Below, one piece after another: positions 42,544-58,174 of a DNA stretch of 64,000 nt. The stretch lies in the NCBI GenBank assembly GCA_963700285.1, contig CAVOXA010000014.1, forward strand, positions 160,001 through 224,000, written 5' to 3'. The DNA comes from an uncultured Chloroflexia bacterium (GTDB lineage Bacteria; Chloroflexota; Anaerolineae; JAAYZQ01). Under the pieces are notes generated by a model. That model was given only the letters and a program-made list of their open reading frames with translations, did not search any database and was not told the DNA's origin. A program made the translations under genes and the position numbers. Each line of letters begins with the position of its first letter. Positions within the stretch are counted from its first letter, which is position 1.

Positions 42544-44022
42544 CTAGGGCAGGACCTCCGCCGCAAATGGGTCATCCACCCGGGGATACATGTTCAGGCT
42601 GGCCCGCTTATATGGGATTTCCCCGAACCTTGGGGTGATTGCGCCTGGCGAGGCCATGTAGATGATCTCCGACGCGATTGGGGAAAAGGCCGCGTAAAAG
42701 TGCTGCAGGGACTTGACGACGAGCAGACGCTTTTTCGTCGGGTCAATGCCCAGGTTGCTGAACACCTGGGGACTGAACACCTGCTTCCGGAGGCTGTTGA
42801 CGATGATGTCAACGCCATTGGTATGCAGGGCCACCGCATCGCCACAGGGAAGATTGAGGGCTTGGCCCTGTTGCGGCCAGTCCTGCGACATGTTCTCGGC
42901 TATGCCGGTCACGGTTGCCGTCAGGTCAAGGGGATCTCCAGACGTCGGCCCCATCTTGCCACCCAAACGCAAGTCGAGTGTGGCGCCTTTGCCCGCAGCC
43001 ATGGCCACCTGCACAACAACAGGATCCCAGATCATGGCCACCCCCGCATTTTCGATGCCTCGTTCCAGCAGGGCGCGCAGCACAAAGGTCGAGTCGCCGG
43101 GCGCACCGCCTCCGGTGTTGTCAGACTGATCGGCGATGACCACTGGACCCTCACCGACGGACAGCGCCTGGTCGAGCGCTTCATCTAGAGATAGTATAGC
43201 CAAATAGAGCTGATGGCGCAAGCTAAAGAATCTCTGGCCCAGTTCTGCTGCGACCTGTTCTGCCTTGGCGGTATCCCCATCGGTCACCGCCAGCGCCTGT
43301 GCCCCACTGATGGGCACGTCCCCCCACGGGAAACCGTGCGCCAGCGAAACAGAAAGGATTCCCCCTTTGCCTTCCATGATCAGCATGTCATCGACAAAGC
43401 TGCGCATGGGTTCAAACGGGGTTCGAAACAGCCCGACCATCCGGCAGTCATACGAGGCCATGACCGGATTGGTTCTGCCCTCTGCCGCAGCAGCAATGAG
43501 CTGGAACAGGTCCTCGGCCCGATCGGCGACGTCAATGTGCGGATACTCCTTGTAGATGACAATGGCATCAGCGAATTCGATCATCTCCTGGGTCACATTG
43601 CAGTGCAGGTCGAGTACGGTACCGATCTTTGCCTCTGGTCCGACGATTTCGCGGACGCGGGCAATCATGTCTGTTTCGCAGTCATCATAACCTTCAGCCA
43701 CCATGGCTCCGTGCAGGGGTAACAGGACAATGTCAACCGGCATCGCAGCCCGAAGAGCGACGAGTATTTCATCGCGCAAGCCTTCGTAGGTCGAGCGGGT
43801 TGTCGTACCGGCAGGTGAGGCCGAGGCATAGAGACCAAATTCAAAGTCCCAGCCGCGTTCCTTCGCTCTTTGGCGAAACAGATCCGTGGCGACGGCGAAA
43901 CCGCCTATGACCCCATCGTCGGGGACATCGGCAGCACGGACTACCTCAAAATCCGCCAGGGCAGTTGGCATGGGCGAAAAGGTGTTGGTTTCGGTTGAAA
44001 TCCCAGCACAAAACAGTTTCAT
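42544..44022 (-). CDS. M81 family (MlrC-like) metallopeptidase, second copy
   Basis: ETNTFSP, LHGAMVA, DLHCN, YKEYPHID, GFPWGD, DNTGGGAPGD, VKSLQHF. Confidence 0.92.
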   Translation of the reverse strand: MKLFCAGISTETNTFSPMPTALADFEVVRAADVPDDGVIGGFAVATDLFRQRAKERGWDFEFGLYASASPAGTTTRSTYEGLRDEILVALRAAMPVDIVLLPLHGAMVAEGYDDCETDMIARVREIVGPEAKIGTVLDLHCNVTQEMIEFADAIVIYKEYPHIDVADRAEDLFQLIAAAAEGRTNPVMASYDCRMVGLFRTPFEPMRSFVDDMLIMEGKGGILSVSLAHGFPWGDVPISGAQALAVTDGDTAKAEQVAAELGQRFFSLRHQLYLAILSLDEALDQALSVGEGPVVIADQSDNTGGGAPGDSTFVLRALLERGIENAGVAMIWDPVVVQVAMAAGKGATLDLRLGGKMGPTSGDPLDLTATVTGIAENMSQDWPQQGQALNLPCGDAVALHTNGVDIIVNSLRKQVFSPQVFSNLGIDPTKKRLLVVKSLQHFYAAFSPIASEIIYMASPGAITPRFGEIPYKRASLNMYPRVDDPFAAEVLP

Positions 44023-44138
44023 CGGACCTTCCTTTCAGCTATTCGTCTGTTACAAACAGTGGCCAGTGGCGCAGGTTGGCGACGTGCCGCCTGCCATGCG
44101 TCGCCGCACACAACGCGGCCCGCGTGGACCACAGATGC

Positions 44139-46442
44139 TCATGGCGTTCCATCCCACCCGGCGAGCCGGGCCGACAGCCACCACAGGGCCTGGCCCTTGA
44201 GCTTGCAGTTGAAGCCGTGGCTGTGGGCGCACTCGTCGTCATTGCCGGGCAGGTGCTGGCAGTCCTCTGGATGCTGCCTGCACCATGGGCCGCACCACGC
44301 ACAACTGTCGTCGGGGTACTGGAAGTAATGGCCCGCCGGATCGTAACTCTCAATGTCGGCAAAATCAAAGAGCACCTTGCCCTGCTGGCGGACGTGTTCC
44401 CGCACGCGCTCGTTGTTGCGGACCAGGGTATCGTTGTCGCCGTCGGTGTGCCCCGTCATGTAGACAAAGCGCACGTGCGGATACTCTTCTTCGAGCTGCG
44501 TCATCATGTCCAGGTACCGCTGCACGGGGGTGCCCTCGTCGGACATCTCACCGCACCAGGACCACATGAAGGCGGTGGCCTGGGGAGCGTTGTCGAGCAT
44601 GTCCCGCGCCCTGTCAAGGAACTGGCCGGGGTCCCACGACCAGTCATCATCGTATCCCATGCGCAGGCGCGGCGGATCGCCTTGGGCCGGCGGCTGCCAC
44701 CACTCCTTGGCAAAGCTGTAGGTAGGCCGGTCCACGTGGTCGCTCAGATACTCGGCGCCGGTCCACAACTGGGTGCCATGCGATGTGGAGCCATAGATCC
44801 ACACGACCTTCTCCTTGGCCTGCTCGATCCAGCGGGCCGGAATTTGTTCCAGGTCCGTGCTGCTGTGATCGGCGATGATGGCGCCGCCGCTTGGCCCGGG
44901 AACGATTGCCGCGGGTGCGGGCGATGGCGTGGGCGCCGCTCGGGGCGGGTTTGGGGCGGTCGCGGCCGCGGGCGGCGCTGTGATGCTCGCCCCCGAGGGG
45001 GAGGCAACGGCGGGCGGCCGGGCATCGCCCCCGGTCCAGACGGCGGGCACATCGAGGAGGTACATCTCTACCTCCTCGCTACCGGAGCGCCCCCAGTTGG
45101 AAGTGAACAGTACCCGCGAAAAGCCGCGGTTCACGGTCGCCTGGGGCTCGGCCCAGTAGTCGTGCTCCTGATCCTGGTCCACCAGGGAATGGGTGTGTGC
45201 CAGGCGCACGACACGCCCGCCGGCCTTTAGCTCGACGGCAAAGACCTGGTCGTCCATCCAAGTATGGGCGACCGGATAGCCCCCGCTGTGGGTCGAGACC
45301 AGCGCCCAGCCGGGCCGGTCGTAGGCCAATCCAGAGAAGTGGAAACCGAGGGGCGTAAACGAAAAGTCGATGGGTAGCAAGGGGGTTATGGTCCCGCTCT
45401 CCAGGTCGAGCATGGCGATCTCGTCGGTGTCGTTGTTCTGGAAGACAACCACCTCGCGCCCCTGGGCATCCAGCGCGGTGTCATAGTGGCCGATCGTGCG
45501 CAACAGGCTCCGGCCGGCGGTCAAGTCGCGGTCGTAGACCATCAGGCCGCAGGGGCGGGCGTCGCCCGCGGGTCCAATACCAACACCGGTCGAATCGTCT
45601 CCCGGTTCGCAGTAGCGGTCAAAGGAAGCGAGAAAGTAGGTACCGAGGGGGCTGATGGTCACGTGGTCGACGTCATCCTCGATGCCGGGCACGCCACGCA
45701 TGTCACGCACGGTCACCTCGCCGCTGACACGATCGTAGACAACAAAGGCAGAGGGAAGCCAGTCTTCATCCTCGGCCATCAAGCCCCAGGTTCGACTATC
45801 CATCGAAGGCCGTCCCTCGTAGCGGGTCCACACGGCTGACAGGTTCTGCCCCGGAAAGTCGGAGGCAAAATCATGCACAAGGTTATCCTGGCCGGTCGCG
45901 ATATCGTAGGCCATCAAGCGCGTCTCGTCGGTGAAGTAGATCAGGTCCGGATCCTGCGCGTCCCAGCGGGGCTCTGATTCCACCGGCAGGCGGCCCAGCG
46001 GCTGCAGCGAGGAGGCGTCATAGAGAAAGGACTCGCCCTCGGTGCCGCGGACCAGGATACGACTGCCATCGGCATTGAAGGACTGCACGCGGGAATACTC
46101 GTTCTTCAGGCCACGCGACTCGTCGCCGGATGTGAGATCCGCCTGGCGGTCGGTAACGCGCACCAGGCAGGAGCCAAAGACCGGGTCGCGCAGGGGAGAG
46201 CGGGCCGCCGGTTCGGCCAAAGTCGGGGGCTGGCGCACCTCGAGATCGGTGATGGGGGATGGCTGTGGATCGGCGCATAGCAAAGAGGGGAGCGTGCCCG
46301 CCGGATCTGCGGTTGCCAATGTCCTCGGTGGGGTCTGATCCGGCTCTTCAAGATCGACGGGGGGCGGTTCCTGGGGCGAAGCGCAGCCGGCGAGCAGCAG
46401 AAAGAGGAGACATAGGGCGATCCACAGGGTTAGCAGCCTCAT
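44139..46442 (-). CDS. Two-domain lipoprotein: beta-propeller-like domain, Pro/Ala linker and uncharacterised C-terminal domain
   Basis: Lipobox [17 protein letters not shown] and [18 protein letters not shown] in the first domain. After the linker: [39 protein letters not shown]. Confidence 0.78.
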   Translation of the reverse strand: MRLLTLWIALCLLFLLLAGCASPQEPPPVDLEEPDQTPPRTLATADPAGTLPSLLCADPQPSPITDLEVRQPPTLAEPAARSPLRDPVFGSCLVRVTDRQADLTSGDESRGLKNEYSRVQSFNADGSRILVRGTEGESFLYDASSLQPLGRLPVESEPRWDAQDPDLIYFTDETRLMAYDIATGQDNLVHDFASDFPGQNLSAVWTRYEGRPSMDSRTWGLMAEDEDWLPSAFVVYDRVSGEVTVRDMRGVPGIEDDVDHVTISPLGTYFLASFDRYCEPGDDSTGVGIGPAGDARPCGLMVYDRDLTAGRSLLRTIGHYDTALDAQGREVVVFQNNDTDEIAMLDLESGTITPLLPIDFSFTPLGFHFSGLAYDRPGWALVSTHSGGYPVAHTWMDDQVFAVELKAGGRVVRLAHTHSLVDQDQEHDYWAEPQATVNRGFSRVLFTSNWGRSGSEEVEMYLLDVPAVWTGGDARPPAVASPSGASITAPPAAATAPNPPRAAPTPSPAPAAIVPGPSGGAIIADHSSTDLEQIPARWIEQAKEKVVWIYGSTSHGTQLWTGAEYLSDHVDRPTYSFAKEWWQPPAQGDPPRLRMGYDDDWSWDPGQFLDRARDMLDNAPQATAFMWSWCGEMSDEGTPVQRYLDMMTQLEEEYPHVRFVYMTGHTDGDNDTLVRNNERVREHVRQQGKVLFDFADIESYDPAGHYFQYPDDSCAWCGPWCRQHPEDCQHLPGNDDECAHSHGFNCKLKGQALWWLSARLAGWDGTP

Positions 46443-46710
46443 GATCCACCTCCTCCTTTGGCTAGCAACCAGCCCGGTGCCTGGAACCGGCTCTGGACCC
46501 CGCCTGGAGCGGGATGGGGCGCCGGACACCGTGGCTTCTATGATACCACAGGCGGCGGGAAACGGCAATTGTAATCCATGGGCGCTGGCGTGTAGATTTC
46601 GTTGGGAGTTCGAGTTGGGACGGACCCCATGTGAGCTAGAGACGAAAGGTAACTGCCCGCGTGGTTCTGGCGGCCAACCACTCTGCGGCGGTGACGGTGG
46701 CTGGTGGCGT

Positions 46711-46740
46711 GGATTCCCGCCAAAAGCATGCGGGAATGAC
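46711..46740. repeat. REP-like hairpin ATTCCCGC-N8-GCGGGAAT
   Basis: GGATTCCCGC-CAAAAGCAT-GCGGGAATGAC, intergenic. Confidence 0.6.
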
Positions 46741-46907
46741 GGGTGGCGGAGGGTGTCATGCCCGCTGGATCGGCACCAGGGCTGAGCTGGGCGTGACAGC
46801 GTGAAAGGGGGCAGGTGATGGCGCTGAAATTGATGGGCAAGGGGGGGGTTCCTCCTGCGTGGTGGTTTCAGGGTAGGTCACGATGCTGCGGCAGTCTCGC
46901 GGGGTCT

Positions 46908-46936
46908 ATTATGGCACTGCTAGGAAAAGTTGTCAA
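46908..46936 (-). promoter_or_regulatory. sigma70 promoter divergent from the defence operon
   Basis: Minus strand reads TTGACA-17 bp-CATAAT with extended -10 TG. Confidence 0.65.
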
Positions 46937-47017
46937 GTCTTATGTGAAAATCCAGGGAGGATAAGGATCAGGTAAGCGTCCAACCGAGGGGTACCAGAGG
47001 TGGGCGACGGGGGAGAT

Positions 47018-47046
47018 TTGTGTTCTGGCGCGAATCAGGCTATAAT
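47018..47046 (+). promoter_or_regulatory. sigma70 promoter for the defence operon
   Basis: TTGTGT-17 bp-TATAAT about 140 bp upstream of the SNF2 gene. Confidence 0.6.
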
Positions 47047-47186
47047 GGGAACCAGCCAGTCCGGGGAGTCCTGTTTCGCGGACAGCCGCCTTCCAGACCC
47101 ACCATCTCTCGTATCGCTTCGGCGAGGAAGACGCAGATCCCCCTTTCAGGCACCTCGAGCAGCGTTGCACCCAGGAGTGGTTGCGC

Positions 47187-50163
47187 ATGGCAGATCGGCG
47201 TATCACCCAAAGCGATAGCCCCTCATTCGCACCTGGTACCGTGGTCAAGAACCGGGGACGGTTGTGGCGGGTGGATGCCCAGGACGGGGACGTCCTCATC
47301 GCCACGGCCATCGACGCCGGCGAGCCCGAGCAGCTCAAGTTCTACATCCCCTTCGAGGAGATCCAGCCTGGGCAGCTGGAGCCCCCGTCACCCGACATCG
47401 TGGGCCACATCGCTGCCCAAGACCTTCTCCTGCGCGCCTACCGCCTCAGCCTGCTGCACGGCACCGCCCCTCTGCTCAGCCTGCAGCGCAGCCGCGTCAT
47501 CCCCAAGGACTACCAACTGGTGCCGGTGGTCATGGCCCTGGAGATGCCCCGCGTGCGCATGCTCCTGGCCGACGACGTGGGGTTGGGCAAGACCATCGAG
47601 GCCGGGCTGATCATCACCGAGCTGCTGGCCCGCCAGATGGCCTCCCGGCTGCTGGTCATCGTCCCGGCCAACCTGCGCGAGCAGTGGCGGGAGGCGCTGG
47701 ACTACTTTTTCCACATCCCGGCGCGCATCATCTCCAGCCGCCACCGCCGCGAGATGGAGCGGGAACTGCCTGCTGGCGCCAACCCCTGGGAGCACTATCC
47801 GCTTCCTGATCACCTCGGTGGACTATGCCAAGCAGCCGGCCATCAAGAACCAGATCCTGGAGCAGCAGTGGGACGTCGTGCTCTTTGACGAGGCCCACCA
47901 GGTGGCCAAGCCCCACCAGAGCGGGCCGGACCAGCGGGTGCGCATGGACCGCTGGGAGCTGGCCGAGGCGCTGGCGCGCTAGCGACCGGGTGCGGCATCT
48001 GCTGCTTCTGACCGCCACGCCCCACAACGGCTACACCGACTCCTTTGCCAGCCTGCTGCGCATGCTGGACGTGGGCGCGACGGCCGGCCCGCTCCACGCG
48101 CCCCGCATCCTCCGGCCGGTGGCCGAGCGCCACGTCTGCCAGCGACGGCGGGAGGACGTGGAGACCTGGTTCCAGAGGACGCGACACGCGGACGTGCCGT
48201 CGCAGCCCCTTCCCCGAACGCGACCAGGATGAGGTCATCGTGCCGCCCACCTCCTACGAGATGGACGCCATCCGTGCCGTCGAAGCCTATGGCAGCCGGG
48301 TGCTGCAGCAGGCATCCGCCGGCAGCGCCCAGACACGCACTCTGGCCCATTGGACGGTGATGCACCTGCACAAGCGGGCGCTGAGCTCGCCAGAGGCGCT
48401 GCGCTGCTCGCTGCGCAACCGGCGAGAACGCCTGAGACAACGCCTGGCCGAGATGGACTACGGACTCCGCTCGCCGGATCCGAGGCAGATGCAGACCCGC
48501 CCCACTGATGCCGCCATCGCGCCCGAGGTGGCGCGCGCCAACGTGCTGGACGAGGACACCGGCGAGCGGCTGACCGACGAGGAAGCCGGCCAGCGGACCG
48601 AGCGGGTCGTCTATGGCTCGCCGCAGCAGATCCAGGCCGAGCTCGCGCTCCTGGAAGCGGTGCTGGACAAGGCCAGGCAAGGTCACCGCCGCGCCGCGAC
48701 AGCAAGCTGCAAAAGCTGTTGGACACCGTGCTCCGCCAGCGACTGGCCACCTATCCCAAGGTGGTCATCTTTACCCGCTACGTGGACACGATGAACTACC
48801 TGGCGGAGCAGATCCAGCGCGACAAGCGCTACGCCGACGCCACCGTGCTGACCATCCACGGCGGGCTGAACGAGCGACAGCGGCGGGAGGTCTTTCTGCT
48901 CGTTCGAGCGGGCCAAGATGGGCATCCTCGTCGCCACCGACGCCATCTCCGAGGGCATCAACCTGCAGCACGCCGCCGCCCAGGTGATCCACTACGAGCT
49001 GCCCTGGAACCCCAACCGGCTGGAGCAGCGCAATGGCCGGGTGGACCGCTTTGGCCAGCGCAAGCCCGTGGTCTATATCCGGACCATGGTCATGGACGAG
49101 ACGCTGGATGCGACTATCCTGAAGGTGCTGGTGGACAAAGGCAGCGCAGATCCGTCGCGACTATGGCTTTTCCCCACCCTATTTTGGCGACGAGACCAGC
49201 ATCCTGGACCTGCTGGAGCAGCACGAGGTCACGCTGGGCCCCAGTGCAGTTGAGCTTGTTCGAGGAGTTGGGGCCGGGCAGGACCGAGCGCAGGCAAGAG
49301 CCCGTCAGAGGATCCCTTTGCCGAGGAGACGCTGGAGCGGATCAAGGGCGACAGCTTTTACGGGCAGACGCACATCAGCCTGCCCGAGATCGAGCGCCGG
49401 CTGGAAGAGACGGCGGCCACGGTCGGCTCGCCGGAGGAGATCCGGCGCTTTGTGTTCAGCGGACTGAACCGCTTCGGCTGCCGTGTCAGCGAGAATGCGT
49501 GACGGCTCCTGGCGGATCATCCTGACCGAACCTGCCCTGCAGACCGCCTCGGTAGGCGAGCGTCGATCGAACGGGCGACCTTTGACCCCGAGTGGGCGCT
49601 GGACGACCCCGACGTGACGCTGCTGGACGTGGGCCACCCGCTGGTGCGGCGGCTGATCGAGGAGGTGAAGCAGCAGCGCCTTCCGGGATCAGGCGCACTA
49701 TGGACGCACGGCCTACATGGTCACGCCCGATGTGGACGAGGTGACGGCCCTGTTCCACCTGCTGGTCCGCTACGTGGTGAACACGGAGCCCACATCGATC
49801 GTGGAGGAGCTGCTGCCGGTGGCTGTGCCGGTCTACGGCGGGGAGCCGCTAGGCCGTGCAGCGACCCAGCGATTGCTTCGGGCCACGCCCTCTGCCGAAA
49901 CACGCACAGAAGCTGAAGTGAAAGAGACCCTGTCGGATGCACTGGGGATTGAGGCATTGGAGCGATTGTTTGGCGATGCGGTGGAAACGCGTCGGGAGGA
50001 GATTGCGGCCGAACGACACGCCATGGTGCGGCCCTTCGCCCAGGCTCAGGACAGGCAGACGGAGGGGCGGGAACATGTACCGTCAGCCGGGTGGCTGCGC
50101 GGGATCGACGAGCTGTCGCCCGGAAGTTCCGATCTTCTGACCATCACGATCCTATTTCCCTGA
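47187..50163 (+). CDS. SNF2-family helicase (DISARM DrmD-like), multiple frameshifts
   Basis: DYQLVP, LLADDVGLGKTIEAG (motif I), DEAH, LLLTATPHNG, VIFT.Y..T, ILVATDAISEGINLQ, YELPWNPNRLEQRNGRVDRFGQ, HPLV, spread over several ORFs. Confidence 0.88.
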
Positions 50164-50241
50164 CCGGCTATGCGACCCGGTCCAAATGGTGTAAAATATC
50201 GCATAATACGCACTTTACACTATTTGGTGAGGAGCGTAACG

Positions 50242-50693
50242 ATGCAGTCGATGCAGCGCGTTCGCAAGACCGACCTGGCCCGCAATACGCGCCAGGTGAT
50301 CAACGACGTCCTTCGCGGCCAAACGGCGGTGATCGAAAGTCACGGCGAACCGGAAGTAGCCATCATGGACATCATAGACTATCGCATCACCCGGGCGGTG
50401 ATGCGCTATTACAGCCAGCAGCCCGACATCGACACAGAGGCTGGCCTCTCCGAGGAGAGGGCAGCCAATGTCCCGGACCTGCAAGATCGTTTCAACCTGG
50501 TGCTGGCCCACTATCTGGCCGGCGCTGTCAGTCTGGGACGTGTGGCCGAGTTGTTGGGGCTTCCCTGGCTAGACCTGCGCACCCGCTTTCTGCGATTGGA
50601 TGTACCGCTGCGTGGGGCGCCATGTCGATCTCTGCTGGGGCCAGGGCTGATATCGAGGTAGGCGAGGCATGGATGAGGCCGGAACAGGGCTAG
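50242..50693 (+). CDS. Antitoxin-like protein: Phd/YefM-like N-terminus plus UPF0175-like HTH C-terminus; no adjacent toxin
   Basis: RVRKTDLARNTRQVINDV..IESHGEPEVAIM (Phd-like) and YLAGAVSLGRVAELLGL (UPF0175-like). Probable frameshift at the 3' end. Confidence 0.7.
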
Positions 50694-50719
50694 AGCGCCC
50701 CGGAGTGCGCGGAAGAACC

Positions 50720-55000
<4,281 letters not shown>

Positions 55001-55036
55001 TGGGCTGGCTGTACAAAGCTGAAACAGGAGGTCACT

Positions 55037-55285
55037 ATGGGAAGGATTACCCTGGAGATACCCGAGTCCCAGGTCATTGAGTGGGTACGACAGATCTCGC
55101 CCTCGGCCAAGCAGGAAGTGTTGAAGGCGCTCATCCCACGGCTGGAAGCCTTTGAGGCTCTGGTAGACCATGGGAACCAGCACATGCGCGCCCTCTGCGC
55201 CGAGCGCGGCCTGGACTGGGACAGCCTGACCGAGGACGAGCGCGAGCGCTTGATTGACGAGCTTTTGCACGACGACAGGGCGTAG
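55037..55285 (+). CDS. Small putative antitoxin
   Basis: 82-aa ORF with AGGAGG RBS and its own -10 box, directly upstream of the PIN gene. Confidence 0.65.
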   Translation: MGRITLEIPESQVIEWVRQISPSAKQEVLKALIPRLEAFEALVDHGNQHMRALCAERGLDWDSLTEDERERLIDELLHDDRA

Positions 55286-55287
55286 CC

Positions 55288-55684
55288 ATGCCAGAGCGGG
55301 TCGTCTTTGATACCAATATCTGGATCTCCGGCCTTGTGTGGCGCGGCAAGCCCTATCAATGTCTGCTGTTGGCGCGTGGCAGGGTGGTACAGCACGTGTA
55401 CTGCAAGGAGTATGGTAGCCGAGCTTCCGAAAGCTGCGCGAGACCTTTGGCTTTTCGGAGAACCACATCCGTGGCATTGTCTATGACCTGCGGCGCGTCT
55501 CAGAGATGGTAGAATCAGCGGCGGTCTTTGTGTGATTGCTGACGATCCGGACGACGACAAGTTTCTGGAATGTGTCAGCGGCGCGACGGCGATCGTCTCT
55601 GGCGATCATCACCTCCTGGACCTTGGCGAGTATGAGGGCGTCCCCATTCTCTCCTCGGCCGATTTCGTCGCGCGCTTCACCTGA
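55288..55684 (+). CDS. PIN-domain (VapC-like) toxin, frameshifted
   Basis: RVVFDTNIWISG, then DDPDDDKFLEC, IVSGDHHLL and ILSSADF in the other frame. Confidence 0.85.
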
Positions 55685-55699
55685 GGAACAGGAGGCTGT

Positions 55700-58170
55700 C
55701 GGCCGGTACGAGGGCGCGACATAATCCAGCCTTCGACGAGATTGGCTTTGATGGCGCGGGAGCGGGCAGGCGCGATGGCACCTGTGCCTGTGGCGCGTGA
55801 AGATAAAGCCGTGTGGCGGGAAGGGCCGTTGATAATGCCAGGAGACACCGCGGCCCTGGTCGGTGCACGCAAGCAGCAGCTACAATTCATTCAGCTCCAG
55901 AGTAACACTCAAGCCTGGCTCCGTTCCACACACAGGCACTGAGCAGCAACACAGCACACAATCACTAACCACTGAAAAGCTGGGAGACCGTGATTCCTAA
56001 CCCTGGCTGTGCCTGGGCAACACACACATTCCGGTATGTCTCGGCAGCACTTGATCGAAGCCATGCATTGTAAGGCAGTCCGCCGCGGTATGTTCTTCAC
56101 TGGATCTGATTGGAGGGCTCCAACTCTCGCGTTTGAGGGTGAGTTGACAGAAACTCTGTGAGCGCACGCGCTCCGCGCCACCCGAGGAGGCTCGCCGGGC
56201 ATGGAGCAGCCACACAACGGTGCAAGGCAGAGACAAGCAGCGCCTCCAAGAAGCTCTCGTCTGCCGCCCCGCCTGGTGCACCACTGATGGCTGACACCGA
56301 GGACCTCCCAGGGAGCTGGCGCTGACAACAGGAGCAACCTGGCAAGGCGGCACCAATGGGTCTGAGAGCCACCAGTAATGAACAGTGACTCGGCAGCAAC
56401 TGGACACACTCCTGGCCAGCCAGGCAACATGGTCCAGCCAAGGAACTGAAACGATATGAACAAAGATGCTTCTCAGCTTTCCTCTAACAAGCAGCAGCAC
56501 GCTGTTGGTGCACCAATTGGGCTGTCACGTCAACACTGGTAAAGCTTACAGGTTCGGGCGTTGATGACATGGCTGGCCGGCGCTGGTGAACCTGATGGAG
56601 AGCAAGAGCAGGTACCAAGATGCTTCAGCAACTACAACGCCCTCACAACTAGGTAGCTCTAGCTTCTTGCGGTGCCGACCTGATTAACCTGCCCATCACG
56701 TAGACAACAACAACATGATGAGCAGCCGGCCAAGCAGCAGCTCACAATCAACTCGCAGCAGCAAGAGCTCAGCAAAGCGCTCCGCTCTATGGCGGCGCTG
56801 AAACAAAGGAGGATGAGCAGTTGAAGCTGCTGAGCCACAATGACGCCTGAGGGACGGCTTCTCAAGGTTGGGTGAGGCGGCATGAGCAAGTACAATGGAC
56901 CCGTGTATTCACCAACACATCTTCCAACAAGCTGAGGCGGTGGCGTGTGTCTCACGTACCCACTGCCTCCAGCCGGAGCTGTTACCTGAACAACTGAGCA
57001 GCTTCCTGAACGTCATTGCTCATTGGGCAGCCTGATGACGCCCGTCTGACCGTATGGTGTTGGCATGTGTCGAGGAAGCTGTCCGTATCCATTCTGACCT
57101 CTAGCAACCGCAACGCTCACAACCAGTTCACAAAGTTCACAAGCAACTCGACGAAGCTGGAGCGTCACTCCGACTTGCACACAACAGCTCACGAAGATGC
57201 TGGCCAGCGGCATGAGCGCCAAGCAACCGGTCTCGTGGCCACGCCGACGACATCTACGCCACGCCTTTGCCGCAGGACGCCGGTGCACGCCAACACAAAC
57301 TCTACGCCACAACGGCGGACTCCGCTCTCCCCACTGACAAGGCCGCGGTGGACCTATTCGACAACCTGACAATCTTCGCCGTTCTCCTGCCACAAGACTC
57401 TGCGCAACTTCCTCCACGCCGACATCCACTGAAAGGCCTGTCGTCGAGGTTGATAAACACCACGCCAACAGGGACTAAACTTCCACTGGTGGCGGTGCGC
57501 CAGTGTCCCTGGGGAAGGCTAGAAACGCCAGCAGCAACCAAGGACATTGCCGCCACGTCGATCGGACAACCAGCTACTGTACCCATCGCGCTACACCCGC
57601 CATGCCGACGCCTATGCTTACACAACAATTCTCCCTGACCTGATTGGGGGATGTTGGAGAGGCAATAGCTTGACTGAGAAAGAGGAGCGAGATTGATGAT
57701 GGTCTAGCAACAATGGAGCCCTCAAGCATCCGACACCTCGAGCTAGCTGACTGGCTCTATCATTATGCTCATCGAGCTACGACAAGTCGATGGACACATA
57801 TGGCTTCAGCACATAGACCACACTACAGCAGGTATTCGCTCAATGACTAAGAATGTTGTGAGAGAGTAAGTTTTAATCCGATTGACTCTTCGTGGACTAA
57901 GGCATTATAAAGGTACCTGGGCTTGCAGCTGGCTCTGGGAAGAGGCAGCCTATTGGACTTCCATAAAGTAACAGGCCGAGTTTGAAGCTGCCACTGCCTG
58001 TTCCAGGGTCACTGGAACAGCATAGCTAAACAAAACAATGATCACAAAGATCCGGGCTCCGCCTGCATATCCATCCTGACTCAGCACTCCTCACCACGCA
58101 TCCGCATCCGTCACACACACAGACAAAGCCTAAGGACAAGGTGGCCCCACAACCCCGCAACGCCTGAGGA
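55700..58170. other. Unreadable, error-rich segment inside the defence locus
   Basis: No convincing ORF. Composition shifts to A/C-rich, and readable helicase motifs fade in only after about 58.2 kb. Confidence 0.6.
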
Positions 58171-58174
58171 CAAC

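Noticed and set aside
39861-44022. Microcystin degradation (mlr) cluster
   Set aside because: Only M81-family genes are present; mlrA, mlrB and mlrD are absent.
32424-46900. Integrative element or prophage at tRNA-Asp
   Set aside because: No integrase, phage gene or convincing tRNA 3' direct repeat was seen; the CTCCCGCCA matches lie within coding sequence and are short enough to be chance.
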